A DNA stretch of 64,000 nt. It comes from Octopus sinensis (taxonomy: Eukaryota). The notes under the pieces were generated by a model. It saw nothing but the letters and a program-made list of their open reading frames with translations. It did no database searches and was not told the DNA's origin. The stretch is from positions 80,972,001 through 81,036,000 of the forward strand of contig NC_043003.1 of assembly GCF_006345805.1 (NCBI RefSeq). The letters are read 5' to 3'. Of this stretch, positions 1 to 13,727 are shown piece after piece. Position 1 is the first letter of the stretch; the number at the start of each line of letters is the position of its first letter. Position numbers and translations under genes: made by a program.

Positions 1-1250
1 AAATCTGTAGAAAATTCAGTAGAAATAGTAGCTCAAGCGTGATGCAGTAGAAAAAGTGACGAGTGGTGGCATTTATTCCTTGTTATTACAGATATGAAAT
101 AAAAAGTTGAAAGTCTGCACTAGACAAAAGAATTTGAGAAATAGTAGGGAATGTATACATGAGGTCTGTTAGCGTTAAGAGGTACAGATCAAGAGATAGA
201 TAGGAAAGTGCACAGAAAAGTATGTGCAACCAAACGCATAAATGTATTCTGGGTGATGAGAGAAAGGAATCGAAGCAGGAGATAGATGACACGAGGACAG
301 GGCATAATGAAATATGTATTGTAGAAAATTAGAATATGGTGAGTAACAGAATTAAAACAAACTGGAAAACACACAAGAAATACTAATTTGAATCAAAAAG
401 ATTTGACACAGAAGACTTTTGGTAAAATTATGCGTGTAGAAAATTGTATAAAATTACAAGACAAATGGCTGGGACAAGAGGCTCAGAAGCTGTACACGAA
501 GTGACAACAATGATTAAGTACCCTTATGATACAAGCGGTATTAATAACGAAAGGCAAACTATTCACCACTTAAAAGTAGACAGAGAAAAGAGAAATACTG
601 CAATATTTATCAAGAGAGAAACTCTCATATGGGTTTTTGGGCATAAATACATATCAGTAATAGACAGCTCGCTATCCCACTCTCTATATTTTTTAATGGG
701 ATCACTGGCTTTTTGCGACAACGAAGCTTGCTTGGAATCTGTTTTTTCTAGTCATATCGTCAGCGCAGCGCATACTGCTATTTCGACAGCAGCGAGGTGT
801 CTTCGATTTACAATGCCAGAAGAGGCCGAAATCACATGATCTGGTAGTCCTCGCGGTGTAAGCAGTAGTGCACAAGCATCCGAATACACAAGCATACGAA
901 CATCACATACACTCAGAATATAATAATGTAATCAAAATTACCTTTCAAAATGACAGTTTACTCAAGAACCAAATCCAAGGGAGATACTCAAAAAATGTCA
1001 TCCAAGAGTTACGCCCATTTATTTATTATCTTCTTTACGAAAATAACTGCGACTTCAACGAAACTGTGTTTTACGTAGAGTGGAAACGAACACCATTCCT
1101 CCATAATCGTCATGGTAAGTTATTACAATAGCAAGCAATTTTTCTACTTTCGTTATATGAAACTGATGGTAGCCTTAATACGCAAATAATGAAATTCTAT
1201 CCATCAATGCGATGTCTGTGCGCATTCATCTTCATCGTTCTACATATACG

Positions 1251-1303
<53 letters not shown>

Positions 1304-1849
1304 TGTGTGTGTGTGTGTGTAAACATAAACTTACATATACATATGTGTGTGTATGTAAGTGCATACACATGTGATTATATACGTTTCACATAGCTATTTG
1401 ATTTTATCAACAATAATACCTGTCAGCATACGGTTCCTTTTCTTTTTAACTTATTTTAGATAGATTTTAATCTACACAGGAAACAAATTTTCAGTGAACT
1501 TGAACCACAAAAGAAAATTCTAAGTTACTTCATATTTACATATAGTAAAAGACGTATTTAGAACATTAGTACTGACCAACATAAAGGGGTTAGTGGAGAA
1601 AGAAAGACAAAAATGGTGGAAGAGAAAAGCTGTTTCGATGATAATGATATATACTAAGTTGTAAAAGACAAGATTATTGATCGTAAAAGTGAATAATGAC
1701 GACCGAATGTCAGAGCACTAGATCAATGAACATGTATAAAACAAAGCCCTAAGTTCGAAAGTTCAACTAAAGAATAGAAGAAAAACGAATCCAATATTAA
1801 TCTGCTCTTATCTTAGTTTCAAATAGTTGTATAGGAGCTGTTGCAGTAA

Positions 1850-2640
1850 CAGGCTGCAGTTTTGCGACGAATCTTCCGACGCTTCATGAAAAGTAGATTT
1901 AGCAATTTATACATTTTTGTAGACAAAACTTGTTCTTGCACAATGTTGTTATTTTAGTTTCAAGATACTGTCTCAATTCAGTCACTTCCTAGATAAGTAG
2001 TATTGTAAAAATATTAATACCTTGTGTATAGACAATTTTTACTGACTAGAACGTTTGATGATATTTTATCATTGGCTATAGTTGGTGTTGTGAAACTTAG
2101 GTAAAACAGAATCTATGCGGCCAGTTACGTTGCCTTGTAATTCAAGATTACTACAGAAAATTTATCTTAGATGTTCCTCGAGTTGAACAAGCGCTCGTCA
2201 TTTTCAGTTGTAACCATAACATACCATTTGGTGGCTTCCTCTCTGGTCTAGGTAAAACTTCATCCACATAGAGCTTTCACTAATTTTCATTCTAGTATTA
2301 AATACATAACTGTAAAACCTTGTAGTTTCGGCCATGCGATACTATATTTACTGGATTAGAAGGGATTAGTATGATCCTTGGGACGTTATTGAGTTGCTAT
2401 TCCATCTGGCAAACACAATATGTCGTTAACAAAGATAGAGTTTGTATGTGGCTACTCTGAAACTATAAACATATTCACGACTAAATCATATCTCCTCTTC
2501 AGCTTAGATTACTCAATGCACAAATTACCTTTTCACAAGACATTCAATTGTATTAACTTCTGCAGTAAATTTTTTTTACGCTGCATTTCAATGACTGCTT
2601 TGAAGATATACAAACAATAGTTTCAGTTCAAACGTCTTAA
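1850..2640 (-). mobile_element. Highly degenerate CR1-like LINE 3' fragment
   Basis: Minus strand contains RGDMI and a GHTYKL-like segment, echoing the CR1/L2 C-terminal RRLRGDMIxxYK...TRGHxYKL; many stops and frameshifts. Confidence 0.35.
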
Positions 2641-2782
2641 TTTCGGTGTTAGTAAAAGGCGTTGTGCACTTTTAATGAAATAGAGTGAAAAGAAGATGGA
2701 GGTCACGTCCTTTTATTTACACGTTATCATGTGTTAAAAAATCGGAAAGAGACACAACTGATATCTATCTAAATTTTACAAC

Positions 2783-2975
2783 TAGGCGGGGTGCTGAAAA
2801 GTTCCTGGCACTGGGTATAAGAAAAACAGGAAGATCAGTTAAGTCCGATCTTATTCAACATATCCCCGTCTCAAATTTACACACTCATTGCAGCGTTCCT
2901 TCAGTGTTTTTCAGCTCTGTAAAAGAACTGGGAAGGTTGAGCCTCCAACAAGGTCATTTGCGCTACCCTGAAAGT
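2783..2975. mobile_element. Mariner-derived MITE fragment
   Basis: Starts with mariner-type terminal GGGGTGCTGAAAAGTTCCTGG; internal TTATTCAACATATCCCC...ACACACTCATTGCAGCG is the reverse complement of the copy at 24297-24450. Confidence 0.75.
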
Positions 2976-3399
2976 CAAGAACATTTCCGCATCCCCTCTT
3001 AATTTGAATATCTGACGTAACTCTAAATAACTTTAAATGTAAATTTTTAACTGAATCTCTATGTATTCATGTTTATCAAAATAGGCTTAAGATATTATAT
3101 CTGTTACTCCTACATTTAATTACACTTAAAAGAATCCATGCTTATTTATATTTTTTCTTTATGCTGCTTTACGTGTCTACCTTCTTATCATTCCCATTGA
3201 GTTCCTCTTTCAGTGAAAAGATAACCCGTTTTTTACACTTCCACCCTTAGATTCAGGTATTGTGATCATCAGTAACTTTAAAATAACACAGGCATTACGA
3301 AATTTGTAGCGGCACATATACAAACTTGTCCTGATTCCATACAAAATGATTGTCTATGTGGCCAACATTGGATTTGCCCTCTCTGAAAATAGTAGAACT

Positions 3400-4100
3400 C
3401 TTACTTACTCTTTCAATAAAGACAAAAATGTTTACCGAAAAATAGAATGATGTGAGAGAGAAATAGCTTTTTGTGATATTTGAGATCGTTAGGTGTGATA
3501 GCACTTTCTCGTAGGCAGAGAATGTATCTTAGTAACTGATGATAAATCCATTGTGAAAATATGCTGGCATAGGTAACTCGTGCTGCTTTGATATGGAATC
3601 TTGCCTTGTCCTGGATCCCTTAATACTGCCGAAAATGCAAAATCCTATGACTTTTGTTGCACTGAGTAACATTTTGGAGTTTCACCAATCCTTGCTTCAC
3701 AAGATTTATGCATGTTGTTTGAACTCAAACGTGAACGACAGAAAATGAGTTGTTCCTATGTGCTTAAAGTGTTAAAGATTATATTCATAATACGTCCAGA
3801 ACCACGTCAATTCATTAGATCTATGCAACACCTTGATCCCTGAAATATTGACGTCAAGGGTCCGTCAGCTCCAGCGTCTAGTAATAGAAAGCCCATCAAT
3901 TGTTGCCAACGTATAATTCCATTTACTCTCATCGCGATATTTCTTTATCGATTCATATTTTTTGAGTGACTATATTATTTTCTAATTACTTTACTAAAGT
4001 CGTGCAACAAACGTCATGCATCTTGAACCGAAATCTTATTCCTATTATAGAGGTGTCTCAAACAGCCATTTGACTTAATACCATCATAACAATGGAGGTA
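3400..4100 (-). mobile_element. Possible very degenerate piggyBac-like transposase remnant
   Basis: Minus-strand fragments RILHFRQY, STSYLC and HIFTMD..SSV resemble the piggyBac GRLHFRQY, xxSYLxN and HxFMDNFFSS motifs in the correct order; otherwise unrecognisable. Confidence 0.3.
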
Positions 4101-5699
4101 GTGTGTGTGATAATTTAGTATCGTTTGAAGACAATGACGTAATCTCACTCTGTAAAAAAAGTACCGATACACAGATTAATTTTTTTTTACCTAACGCCTT
4201 CCACACATCGCAATATCTGAAGATATTTAAATGCAAACTCAACAACTCACTTTCTTGTAAAAGGTAGCTATAGAAATCAGCTTGCCGAACCTATTTTTTT
4301 CTTGCCTGGAAATGCATTGTGGAGGAGATACAGTTGTAATAAAGTTGAATCTATAGTCAAAGAAGTAGAATTATTGCAAATAAGGATAATAAAAAGCTTG
4401 TGTGCGCTGATAAAAAGATGAATATGGTATCGATAAACAGACTCTGAAAAATGGTAAATAAAAGCAATAAAACTGATGGAAACTAGGAACGAGCAAATGA
4501 AGTGAAGATGGAAACATGATCTTCGCTGAGAGATTGAAGATTGAAAAGAGGAAATTGAACCTGTAACATAGTTGCCGAGAGCAATCCATTAACATTAATG
4601 CTGTTAAAATAGCTTGAATGTAGTTATAGATTGTCTTACACTGCCATTTAGTGTCTACTGTGGATTACGAATAACAATGAAAAAATATTGCATATAGAGT
4701 ACGATTCCAAAGAGAAAATAATGTAATATAAAAGAAAATGGTGTTTCAGGGATAATATGAGGAATGAAAGGAAGCATGAAAGAATACTAGAAGTGGTAAC
4801 ACAAAAGATTCTTCACGAGATACTGGAAGCCTGTTTGTAACTGTCTAGCACTTGCTTCTAACTCAGATTCTCTTAGGAAACACATCTAGGAAGTTTTAAA
4901 ATGTGTCAGAATTCCTTATCTGATAAATTGCATCCAATTCCTTCTCCGCGAGGACTGTACAAAGCAATATGACAAATCTAGTCTTCAATATTGAACGCAT
5001 AGATTTCTAGCTGTGCCTACATCACTTTCTGAATATTCTGAAAATACAGCGGGCAGGTTATTATAAGCTTTTAAAAACCTAAACGTAGAACATGAAATAC
5101 AAAGAACTGTTAACTATCAAAAATTTCCTAATCAATATCCATGTACTTGAATGGCACAATATTACCATAAGTCAATTAAAAAACATGACAGCTACTCGAA
5201 ATTCAGATTAGCAGTTTAAGAACACAGAGAGCACAGATCTCACAGATTTTTTTACTTGTATAAAATGCCAACATAAAAATCAGCACAATGCAGACATCTG
5301 CATAGGTATAACAAACAATATCGAGCAGAAAACATTCGTTATGACTGAACATGTCTTTGTTGAAAGATATAAACTTTATTGACATTTCTATTAATCAAAA
5401 CAGTGAACATATAGGCATGTTTAAAAACAATAAGTTTTATTTTAATAATCATTACTGTTACTTTAAACAATGAAAGAAAACTATTTAACGTAACTATCGA
5501 GCGTTACACATCTACGAACATAAATATCCGAAACATTCCGATAAGTGATTTCTAATGAGGTATAAAATGACAAAAGTACATTGTAAACTAATAATGCTTA
5601 TATAAATAAAATAACGTTCCAGATGACTTTCTACGATTTGATTCGCTATTTCAATTTCACACTACTTATGTACAAGTCTTTAATATTTTAAAAATATTT

Positions 5700-7150
5700 C
5701 AATTAACATTTTTCCCGATTGATAAATAATGCGACGAAGGATAACTATTGCGAAAAACATCACGAGGAAATTTCAACCTCAATTTCTCTATTTTTTCCTG
5801 CTTTGTCACAATAACACTCGACATAATGGATGACCACATCCATAAATGAGTTTTGGCCCTATGAAGTTCAATTATTAGAGGAAAAATGTAAAAATTGCTT
5901 GTCGGACACCCAAACATCGAAACGAAGAATCGTGGGAATATTTAAGTATAAGTAACAAATATTGGATTTCAACAAGAATATTTTATCTCCAGTTAGCATT
6001 TTGTGGATGAATAATCTGTTACAATATATTGTCCGTTTTTAAAGTAAACATCGGTTGCCTTTATACTATTTATGCTATTTATACTATTTCATATACTTTA
6101 TCTTGTAGAAGTTGGTGAAGGCTTATTCCTGAACGATTTCCAAAGGGACACATTATACATATTTAGCCACCTTGGATACCAGCTACCTTTTCAAGGGACT
6201 AGGTTGGCAGCTGAATGCATCATACTCGCAAAAGTATGCATTACTGACATTTGCTTGTCAGTGATGACCGGACGCCGAACGAGTGCTTGAAGAGCGGTTT
6301 CGTGGCACTCCGTACCTGTTAGAATAACCAAATTGATAACGTGTATTCCTACACGGTAATACCTTTGTAAGTACTGCTAGGATAGAGATTTCTGGAAGTT
6401 GTTCAAAGTCTCCTACAGAAAATACTCTGGAAGGACACACTTTGTTGTATTTCATCGAATGACATCCACAGAACATTGCCAGTTGCGCTCTCGTGCAAAA
6501 CCTCGTTAAAATGCTGGCGTTGAAGTTGCCTTTGAGTGCAATACGCAACTTCTAGAAAAATCTAAGAGCTGGACTACGATCATGGACAGTAGTACAATCA
6601 CAAACAACACCCGTGATTTCCATCGAGTTTCAATCTCTGCAGATACAGCTACCTTGTGTACGCCTATGTCTCAAGATCAATACATCGAAAGTTAAAAAGT
6701 ATAACAATGAGAAGGAAAATATGCGACAGACTGAGTTGATCGCATGATACAGAATGATGACCATTTACCACAATCACCTGACATGTGCTACTATAGAATG
6801 CATCACTCCATCTCAAAACACCGGAGCGGAACTGGCTCTCCTCCGTATAATCAACTTATACCCATAGTCTTCCCTGTTGGACGCTTTAGAAAGAACTCAG
6901 TCTTACATGGCTCCACAAAAGCTAGATCTAAATTGAAAATTCCCTAAGATGAATGATGAATCGCATTTTGCAATGGTTGTCAGAAAGACTTACTGTATTA
7001 AAATCTTTGAAACATGCCTTAACTCGACCAACGCAGCCATTTTTCAGTGCAGAGTAATGAATTAATCGCAATCCCTTCGCTACCAGTTTGATTGCTCAAT
7101 CATTTGTAATACCAGTTTCATCGCTACCTATTTGAGCAGTAATATCTCCT
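5700..7150 (-). mobile_element. Degenerate CR1-like LINE RT fragment
   Basis: Ordered minus-strand remnants FKDFNTV (~KAFDTV), RSGV (~SGVPQGS) and QLAMFCGCHSMKYNKVC (~LxxWxxxWxMKFNxxKC); no intact frame. Confidence 0.4.
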
Positions 7151-8322
7151 TCAGTCTAATGGTTTCTCTAGCAAAACCTTGCTGTAATGTATCAATTCTA
7201 TTTTATTCTCCTTTTTTTTGTCACCCACCTATTGCTTTTAAATTCCTCCATGATTTTCCGTTCAATTGCTTCACTAATCCAGTTCTTGTAAGTTTTACGC
7301 GCCGTACCTAGAACTTCAGTGTGAAATAATTTTTTCACGGGATTTTTCGAGTGCATTAAACGTATCTGATCCCCAAACCTGCCGCAAGTCACTTTTTTCC
7401 ACAAAAAAGAAGAGTGAAGGGAGAGGAAGATTTGGAGTTTCCCGGGAAACTCGGAAGGGCCCACCAAACATGAAGTACCCACCCACAAGTTTTACACCCA
7501 ACCCAGTTACTACCATGAAACTCTGGAAAATGATCTATATATTTTAAAAATATGTTTACTATAAGAATCAACAAGTATTTTCGAAAAAATGATGGCAGTT
7601 ATTATTTTATCTTCATTTTTTTTTTCACCTATTATTTACTTATTTGGGGTGTCTAATTAATTTCCACGCGTATTATATCCGGCTAAGAATGAATTTTCAG
7701 AATTATTTTAATTGTAATAAATCCATTTATTATTTGTATTACTATCATCATTCAATTATTTAGAATTATTTAGATATTGTGATCTTGCTTTAAAATTCTT
7801 CTTAAATTATTTATTTTCCATTATCTTTTCTTCTGCAATTATGATCATGAAATTCATGAATAGGAAAAATTTGATAGAGAAATGGTTATAAAGCACCTTA
7901 CTTATTGTGAACATACTCTGCGTTAACTTCTTGGATCCCAATATCATATACATTAATTTGTGTCTCAAATATCTGTTGTCACTCAACTAATTTCCTAGAT
8001 TCTTTTAAATAGTTTAATGTGATCTATCTCTAACCATATTTATCGAGCTGCTACTTAGACTAGGCAGGTGCACATTTACAATGGTGCAGCAGCTGATTTA
8101 GTAGGAGAAAATACTGTGAAGGTTTCATATAACAATTGATCTTTTAATCATAAACTCTTTATTGTTTCAAGAATGTACTATTATTTTTAAAATAATGCAA
8201 CAAATAAAAACCACACTTGTACCTCAATTGTTTTTGAAGAGTCAATATTGGCTGTTGGCATTATTCGTTTTTTTTTCTTTTTTGCTTTACTTTATTTTCA
8301 GTGCTTGAGTTCACCTACAATC

Positions 8323-10294
8323 ATGCCAGGAAACTCATTAAAGCGAAAATGCAGACAGTATAGAGTTCAATATTTGAAACTTGGATTTATTATTGCTCCT
8401 AATAACAAACAATAGATAGTATGTCTTCTTTTCGGGTAAGCTTTTTTGAATGAGGTCATGAAGCCATCCAGTTTTTCCAATCATTTAAACAAGATATACC
8501 CTAATAAAGCAAACAAAGATTTGTCATACTTTAAAAATCTGCAACATAAATTTCGAAACAGAAATCTGTTCACACCTTTATGACAAACCAATAACAGAAA
8601 TGCGACCATGGACTTGTTTGTGTCTACAATATCTCCAGGATGGTTGCCAGATCTGGGATACCTCATACAATTGGAGAAAACCTCAATTTGCCAGCCAGAG
8701 TAGAGCATCCTTTCTGAAGTGAAATTATCGGAATAATTTGAATTAGTAATAATGCTGTGGAAAGAAGTGATGAAATTGCTGAGTACATTGAAGAAATATT
8801 TTTTACAATACTTAAATATCATCAATTTGGTTTACAATTAGGTGAATCGCCTTTACCAGGCAATGAAGCACTGCTTTTAAGATAGGTCCGCTTTATTAAA
8901 CATTAGAAAATTGTGCAAGAATATTGTTTGCAAAAGGATTTAAAACAGACACTAAGGCTGAATTCATTTTTACTATAGTTGAACAGTTTTTCAAAGAAAA
9001 ACAATTCCCTATGTACAGTACAGTTGCTTGTGCAGCAGTCAGTGCTCCAGCATTAACAGGGTGGTACAGACGCTTTCTTACATTTCTAAAGAAGGCTGTA
9101 CCCAATATATTTACTACACATTGCGTAATTCATCATCAACATCTAGTTGCAAGACACTTGAGCGATCGACTTCATAACTCGTTTGGTATTGTTATGACAG
9201 CAATAAATAAAATTAAATGTATTTCCCTTAAATTCCGAATATTTCGACAGCAATGCAACAACAATGATGACGAATTTGACCGTCTTCCTTTACATACTAT
9301 GGTTATCGAAAGGCCTGTGCTTAGAGTGATTTTATTCACTTTTCAACCGTCATACAATTTTTACAGGAGAAAAAAATAAGATCATTTGAGTGAGAATCAC
9401 TTAGGATGCAAATGTGGCATTACCTACTTAACAGATTTATTCAATATATTCAATATATTCAATGATCGGAATTTGCAACTGCAAGGCAGTGATGTAAATC
9501 AATTTTTTTTATTTGTGCATTCATGGACAAACTTTCACGCTTTAGACATAATGTTGGTAGTCGGGTATAATGTAACAATTGCAACTATTGCTCAGCTAGA
9601 AAATATTCATGAGGCTGATATCTCTATTTCAGATGACGACCTCTTGGATAATTGTCACCATTTGAAGTCTTTACATGACAACATGAGACGTAGATATCAG
9701 GACCTCATTACTATGGAAATACATGACTGGTTGATAAACCCATTTATTGACGATTATAGAAAGGAAGTTGGCTCTTCGGTACAAGAGGAGTTAATCACTT
9801 TAAAAAAGACTTTGAATTAAAGCCCCTCTTCAAATAATCATACCAAGAGTTCTGGATACAAAAAGAAATTTCTGAAAGATATCTAAAGCTGTGGGAAACT
9901 ATCAAATATTTCTTCATTGCTTTTCCAACTTCCTATACACCGTTATGCTGCTTCTTACTAAGCAAAGAAGCCGTCTGCCAATTGCAAAACGAGATCTACG
10001 ATTACTTCTAAGCAGCATGGAACCTAGAGTTAGGTTCCTTAGCCAATAAACACCAAAGTCAACCATTACATTGAAAGTATTGAGATATACTATCAATAAA
10101 ACTTGTTTTCTTTTAGCATTTAGAACAGAAATGAAGACAATATTAAAATTAATTTTGCACTAATAACTTGATGCTATCTTTCTATGTAAAATGAATACCA
10201 TATCTTATTTGAAATTTAATTTTACAGGGGGATCGTTGACAAAGAATTTTGCGCCCAAATGGGGCGCTGGCTGAGGGAGAGTTGGGAAAATATT
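8323..10294 (+). mobile_element. hAT (Buster/Charlie/SCAND3-like) DNA transposon, decayed transposase 8323-10074
   Basis: MPGNSLKRKCRQYRVQYLKLGF...NEVMKPS...NKANKDLSYF, ASYNISRMVARSGIPHTIGE, FTTHCVIHHQHL, DWLINPF, and a C-terminal HQSQPLH* typical of Buster transposases. 3' end GGGGCGCTGG...GTTGGGAA resembles Buster termini. Multiple stops and frameshifts; 5' TIR not found. Confidence 0.9.
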
Positions 10295-10912
10295 TTAAAG
10301 TATGACAAAAAATAAGTAAATTATCCGACGCCAAAGTGCGAAACTCTAGCGGGGTCGGGCTGCCTATCCCAAACTATGCTCACAGCCACTCGTTTTGAGA
10401 AAAGCATTAAAAAAATAAGTGTATCTAAGAGTGTACTTAAGCATTTTATGACAGTGTGAGATTTGACCGTGCGAAAATGCATCCAAAGTCTTTTAGATAT
10501 TTCTGCTAGATACTATGATAAATTACTACTGCAGTCTTCATGAAAATTTCAGTATTTCTCTGTCGATTATTGGTCATATGTATTCTTCCGCATATAGCGT
10601 ATTTTAATCATTACAGTTTATGCGTTTTACAATGGCCAAGAATTGAGCTGAGCGACACGTTACTTATTATCATTCATACAGTCCTTTGGAATAAGGTATA
10701 TATTCAAGGGCCCTAGAACAGGGGGTGCAGAATTCACTATTGAAACCACTACTCACCTTTATCAGGTATAGAAAATAGTGTTTAAATTTTGATATGTAAA
10801 ACGTTTATTCAAGTTAAGTTTCTTCACAAAATTAGAACAAAGAGTAAAACTAAATAAAAAGAAAACCCTCCAAAATTTCTACAAAGATATATTACTGAAC
10901 TAAAATATAATA

Positions 10913-11294
10913 TCTCTCTCTATATAAACGGCAGTTTGTCTGTGCGTGTTTCTGTGTGTCTGTTTGCTTGTACCCTTACCCTGACCACGGCTTTCAACCG
11001 ATTCTGATGAAACTTGACACACACATAGCCCAATGTCATAATTCAAAACTAACGCAGCGAAAATTTTGAAAAGTTCCCCCAGTTCTGAAAAAAATCGATA
11101 AATTCGACATGGGGTCGAGAATCAGAAACACAAACCGCAAACTGTCTAGGGGACGCAACTCCACCTTTTTTAACTAAAAAAAAATTTTACCATCACTTTT
11201 TTCATTTTTTTGCTATTTTTTGGCTATAACTCTATAAAAATGCTTTATAGTTATTTCCCTTACAAACCTGAGCAACGCCGGGCGATACTGCTAG
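10913..11294 (+). mobile_element. Non-autonomous Helitron (382 bp)
   Basis: 5' TC (TCTCTCTCTATATAAA) and 3' CTAG, inserted between A10912 and T11295 with no TSD. Subterminal hairpin AGCA-A-CGCC-G-GGCG-ATAC-TGCT; internal AACCGATTCTGATGAAACTT core. Confidence 0.9.
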
Positions 11295-11498
11295 TATAAT
11301 ATATATATATATGCATTTGTGTGTATGTGTCAGTGTGTGTTATTGTGTATGTATGTATATATATATATATATATATATATCAAATGTGAGGATAAAATAC
11401 TTTTCGAAAAACAATATTTTCTCGAAAAAATTTTTATCAATGGCAACATATTAAAAAATACCTTTAACGGTTAAATTTATAAACATTTATAAATAATG

Positions 11499-11802
11499 CA
11501 AAGGAAAAAATTTTCTAATGCCAAATATGCCGAAAAATTGGACATATTGTCCATTAACCATATAATTTTTTCACAATACGCACGCTACTCGAAAAAAGGT
11601 AGACAGAAATTTCTAAAAAATTCCATTATTACCATATCGGACCGATTTCAGAGTTAGCTACTAAGAGCCCCCTCTTCATCAGTGATACATGTAGCAAAAG
11701 AATTTTTTTCGAGTAGCGTGCGTATTGTGAAAACATTATATGGTTAATCGACAATATGTCCAATTTTTCGGCATATTTGGCATTAGAAAATCTTTTCCTT
11801 TG
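11499..11802. repeat. 99-bp inverted repeat (11499-11597 / 11704-11802) with 106-nt loop, within a (TA)n-flanked Penelope-type pLTR remnant
   Basis: Arms are reverse complements with 3 mismatches; the loop contains a hammerhead motif. Confidence 0.95.
11630..11687 (-). ncRNA. Minimal type I hammerhead ribozyme (PLE-type)
   Basis: Minus strand TATCA-CTGATGA-AGAG-(18 nt)-CTCT-GAAA-TCGG-T-CCGA-TA-TGGTA: intact core, 5-bp stem I (one G.U), 4-bp stem II, palindromic stem III. Confidence 0.75.
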
Positions 11803-11817
11803 ACCTCATTTATGAAT

Positions 11818-11850
<33 letters not shown>

Positions 11851-12491
11851 TATATATACATACATACATAATATAAACAACTACGGCCACCCCTCAGTAG
11901 AAGCACATTGATGAACTATTATACTCTGCAATCACAGTCTAGCTATCCATTTCCTCATTTCCTCTGAATATCATAGCTGTCCCCTCATCATTATTGCCAT
12001 CATGGTCTACTGCTACTACTCTTAACACAACTAAGCAATAGTAACGACAAGATTAGCATTGTAATTCACTCTTCAATACTAGAACAGTTGATGACCCATT
12101 AAACAACACAGTCCCTAGCTCTTCTCCACATTCACGCCACTAAAATTCTTCTCAGAATGACACAAGAGATCCATCATCACCATTGTCATCCTAATCTACT
12201 GCTACTATCATTACCACTACTACTAGTGGTTATGAAGAAGCGTGATTTTACAAAGTTTGTAGGTTAAAGGGATAAACTGTGGAATTTTAATCAGTTACTT
12301 TCTCACCCAGATCTTTTAATGCACAAAACATTCCAGACCCTAAGCAAGGTTAGTAAAGAAAGACCTTCATTGCTTCGAAAGGGCAATATTCTGTTAAGCT
12401 ATATTATATCACAAGTAAACTGTATGAATTCACTCTTACACTTTCGCGAGGATGTTTGAAAACATATATTAGTTTTTTCGAATAATAGCTA

Positions 12492-13727
12492 TTGGGTTGG
12501 CAACTAAGTTTCCGCTGTTTTTTTTAATTTTGGAATTTATTGTGTTTTTTTAATTCTGGAATCTATTTTTTTCGAGAATTCTATTTTTGAATCATTTTGG
12601 AATCTATTTTGTTTTTTTTGGGGTTTTTTCTAGTTAATTTTAGTTAATTTCTGTTTATTTACAGATCATTAAAATCCAATGTCAAGTTACGAAAAACGAG
12701 CATTTTCGACACCTATTTGTTTTTAATCAAGATTCTAAGGCCGCAAAAGCTGCTCACAACATTTCTGTTGTGTATGGAGAGAGTGCCATAGCTGAAAGAA
12801 CCGCTCGTGATTGGTATGCCAAGTTCGAAAAGGAAAATTTTGACCTCAAAGACGCACCTCTTTCTGGCCGACCTGTTGTGTTCGATGAAGAGCGATTAAA
12901 CCAACCTTTGCACGAAAATTTTCGTCAAACGACAAGGGAACTGGCAGAGAAAATGGAATGCTTCCACACTGCTATGTAAAGGCATCTTCATTCGATGGGA
13001 AAGGTTCAGAAGTATGGAGCATGACTTCCGCATGCTTTGAGTGACAACAACAAAAATCAACGAGCCACTATCTCTACTGGTTTGCTTGCCCATCACCGCT
13101 CAACTCATGGACACAAGCAACGATTTCTTTACCGAATCGTTACTGGCGACAAAAAATGGTGCCTGTACATCAATATGAAGCAGCGTGAAACAAGATCTTC
13201 TTCCGCATAAAGCGATGTTGTACGTATGTTGAGACTGGGAAGGGATTATCAATTACTAATTGCTCGAACGGAACCAAACGGTCAATGCGGAACTCTATGT
13301 TCAACAGATGGAACGACTCAACACGGATATTCAAGAGAAAAGACCTAAAAGGCAGCATGGAGTCCTTCTGCTGCACGACAACGCTCGCCCTCATAATAAT
13401 CAATATGACCAAGAAAGCCATTCAAACGCATGGCTGAGAAGTGCTGCCACACCCGCCGTACTCTTCATATTTGGCAACAGATTTCTACATCTTTCGATCT
13501 CTTTCAAATGCCAGGCGCGGAGTTTCGTTCATTACTGATGCAGAATTGGGAGCCCGAAATCGGATGATTTCTACCAACGAGGTATAAAAGATTTTGTTGA
13601 ACGTTGGGAAGAATTTGTAAACAACAAGGGTGAATGCATTATTGATTAATTAGTTGTTACTTTTTATTAAACCTTTTAAAAATTTAAAATTTAAAAAAAA
13701 GCGGCGGGAACTTAGTTACCAACCAAA
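12492..13727 (+). mobile_element. Near full-length mariner transposon (D,D34D), inactivated transposase 12679-13649
   Basis: TIRs TTGGGTTGGCAACTAAGTT... / ...AACTTAGTTACCAACCAAA with TA on both sides; motifs IVTGDKKW, LLHDNARPH and PPYSSYLATDFYIF; stops, frameshifts and an internal deletion. Confidence 0.95.

Noticed and set aside
444-1131. 131-aa and 87-aa plus-strand ORFs
   Set aside because: No recognisable domain or splice context; at most a faint LINE echo (KLYKITRQMAG).
2230-2420. Minus-strand VPRIILIPS..SHG, resembling Helitron/PIF1 helicase motifs
   Set aside because: Motif spacing is wrong, and adjacent RGDMI and GHTYKL-like segments fit a CR1 3' end better; likely coincidence.
6258-6548. 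GDFEQLP, resembling PIF1 helicase motif III
   Set aside because: No other helicase motifs; the surrounding frame matches CR1 RT remnants.
12520-12640. Short tandem TTYTGGAATCTATTTT repeats, superficially array-like
   Set aside because: Degenerate, with no unique spacers; internal to the mariner 5' UTR; not CRISPR.
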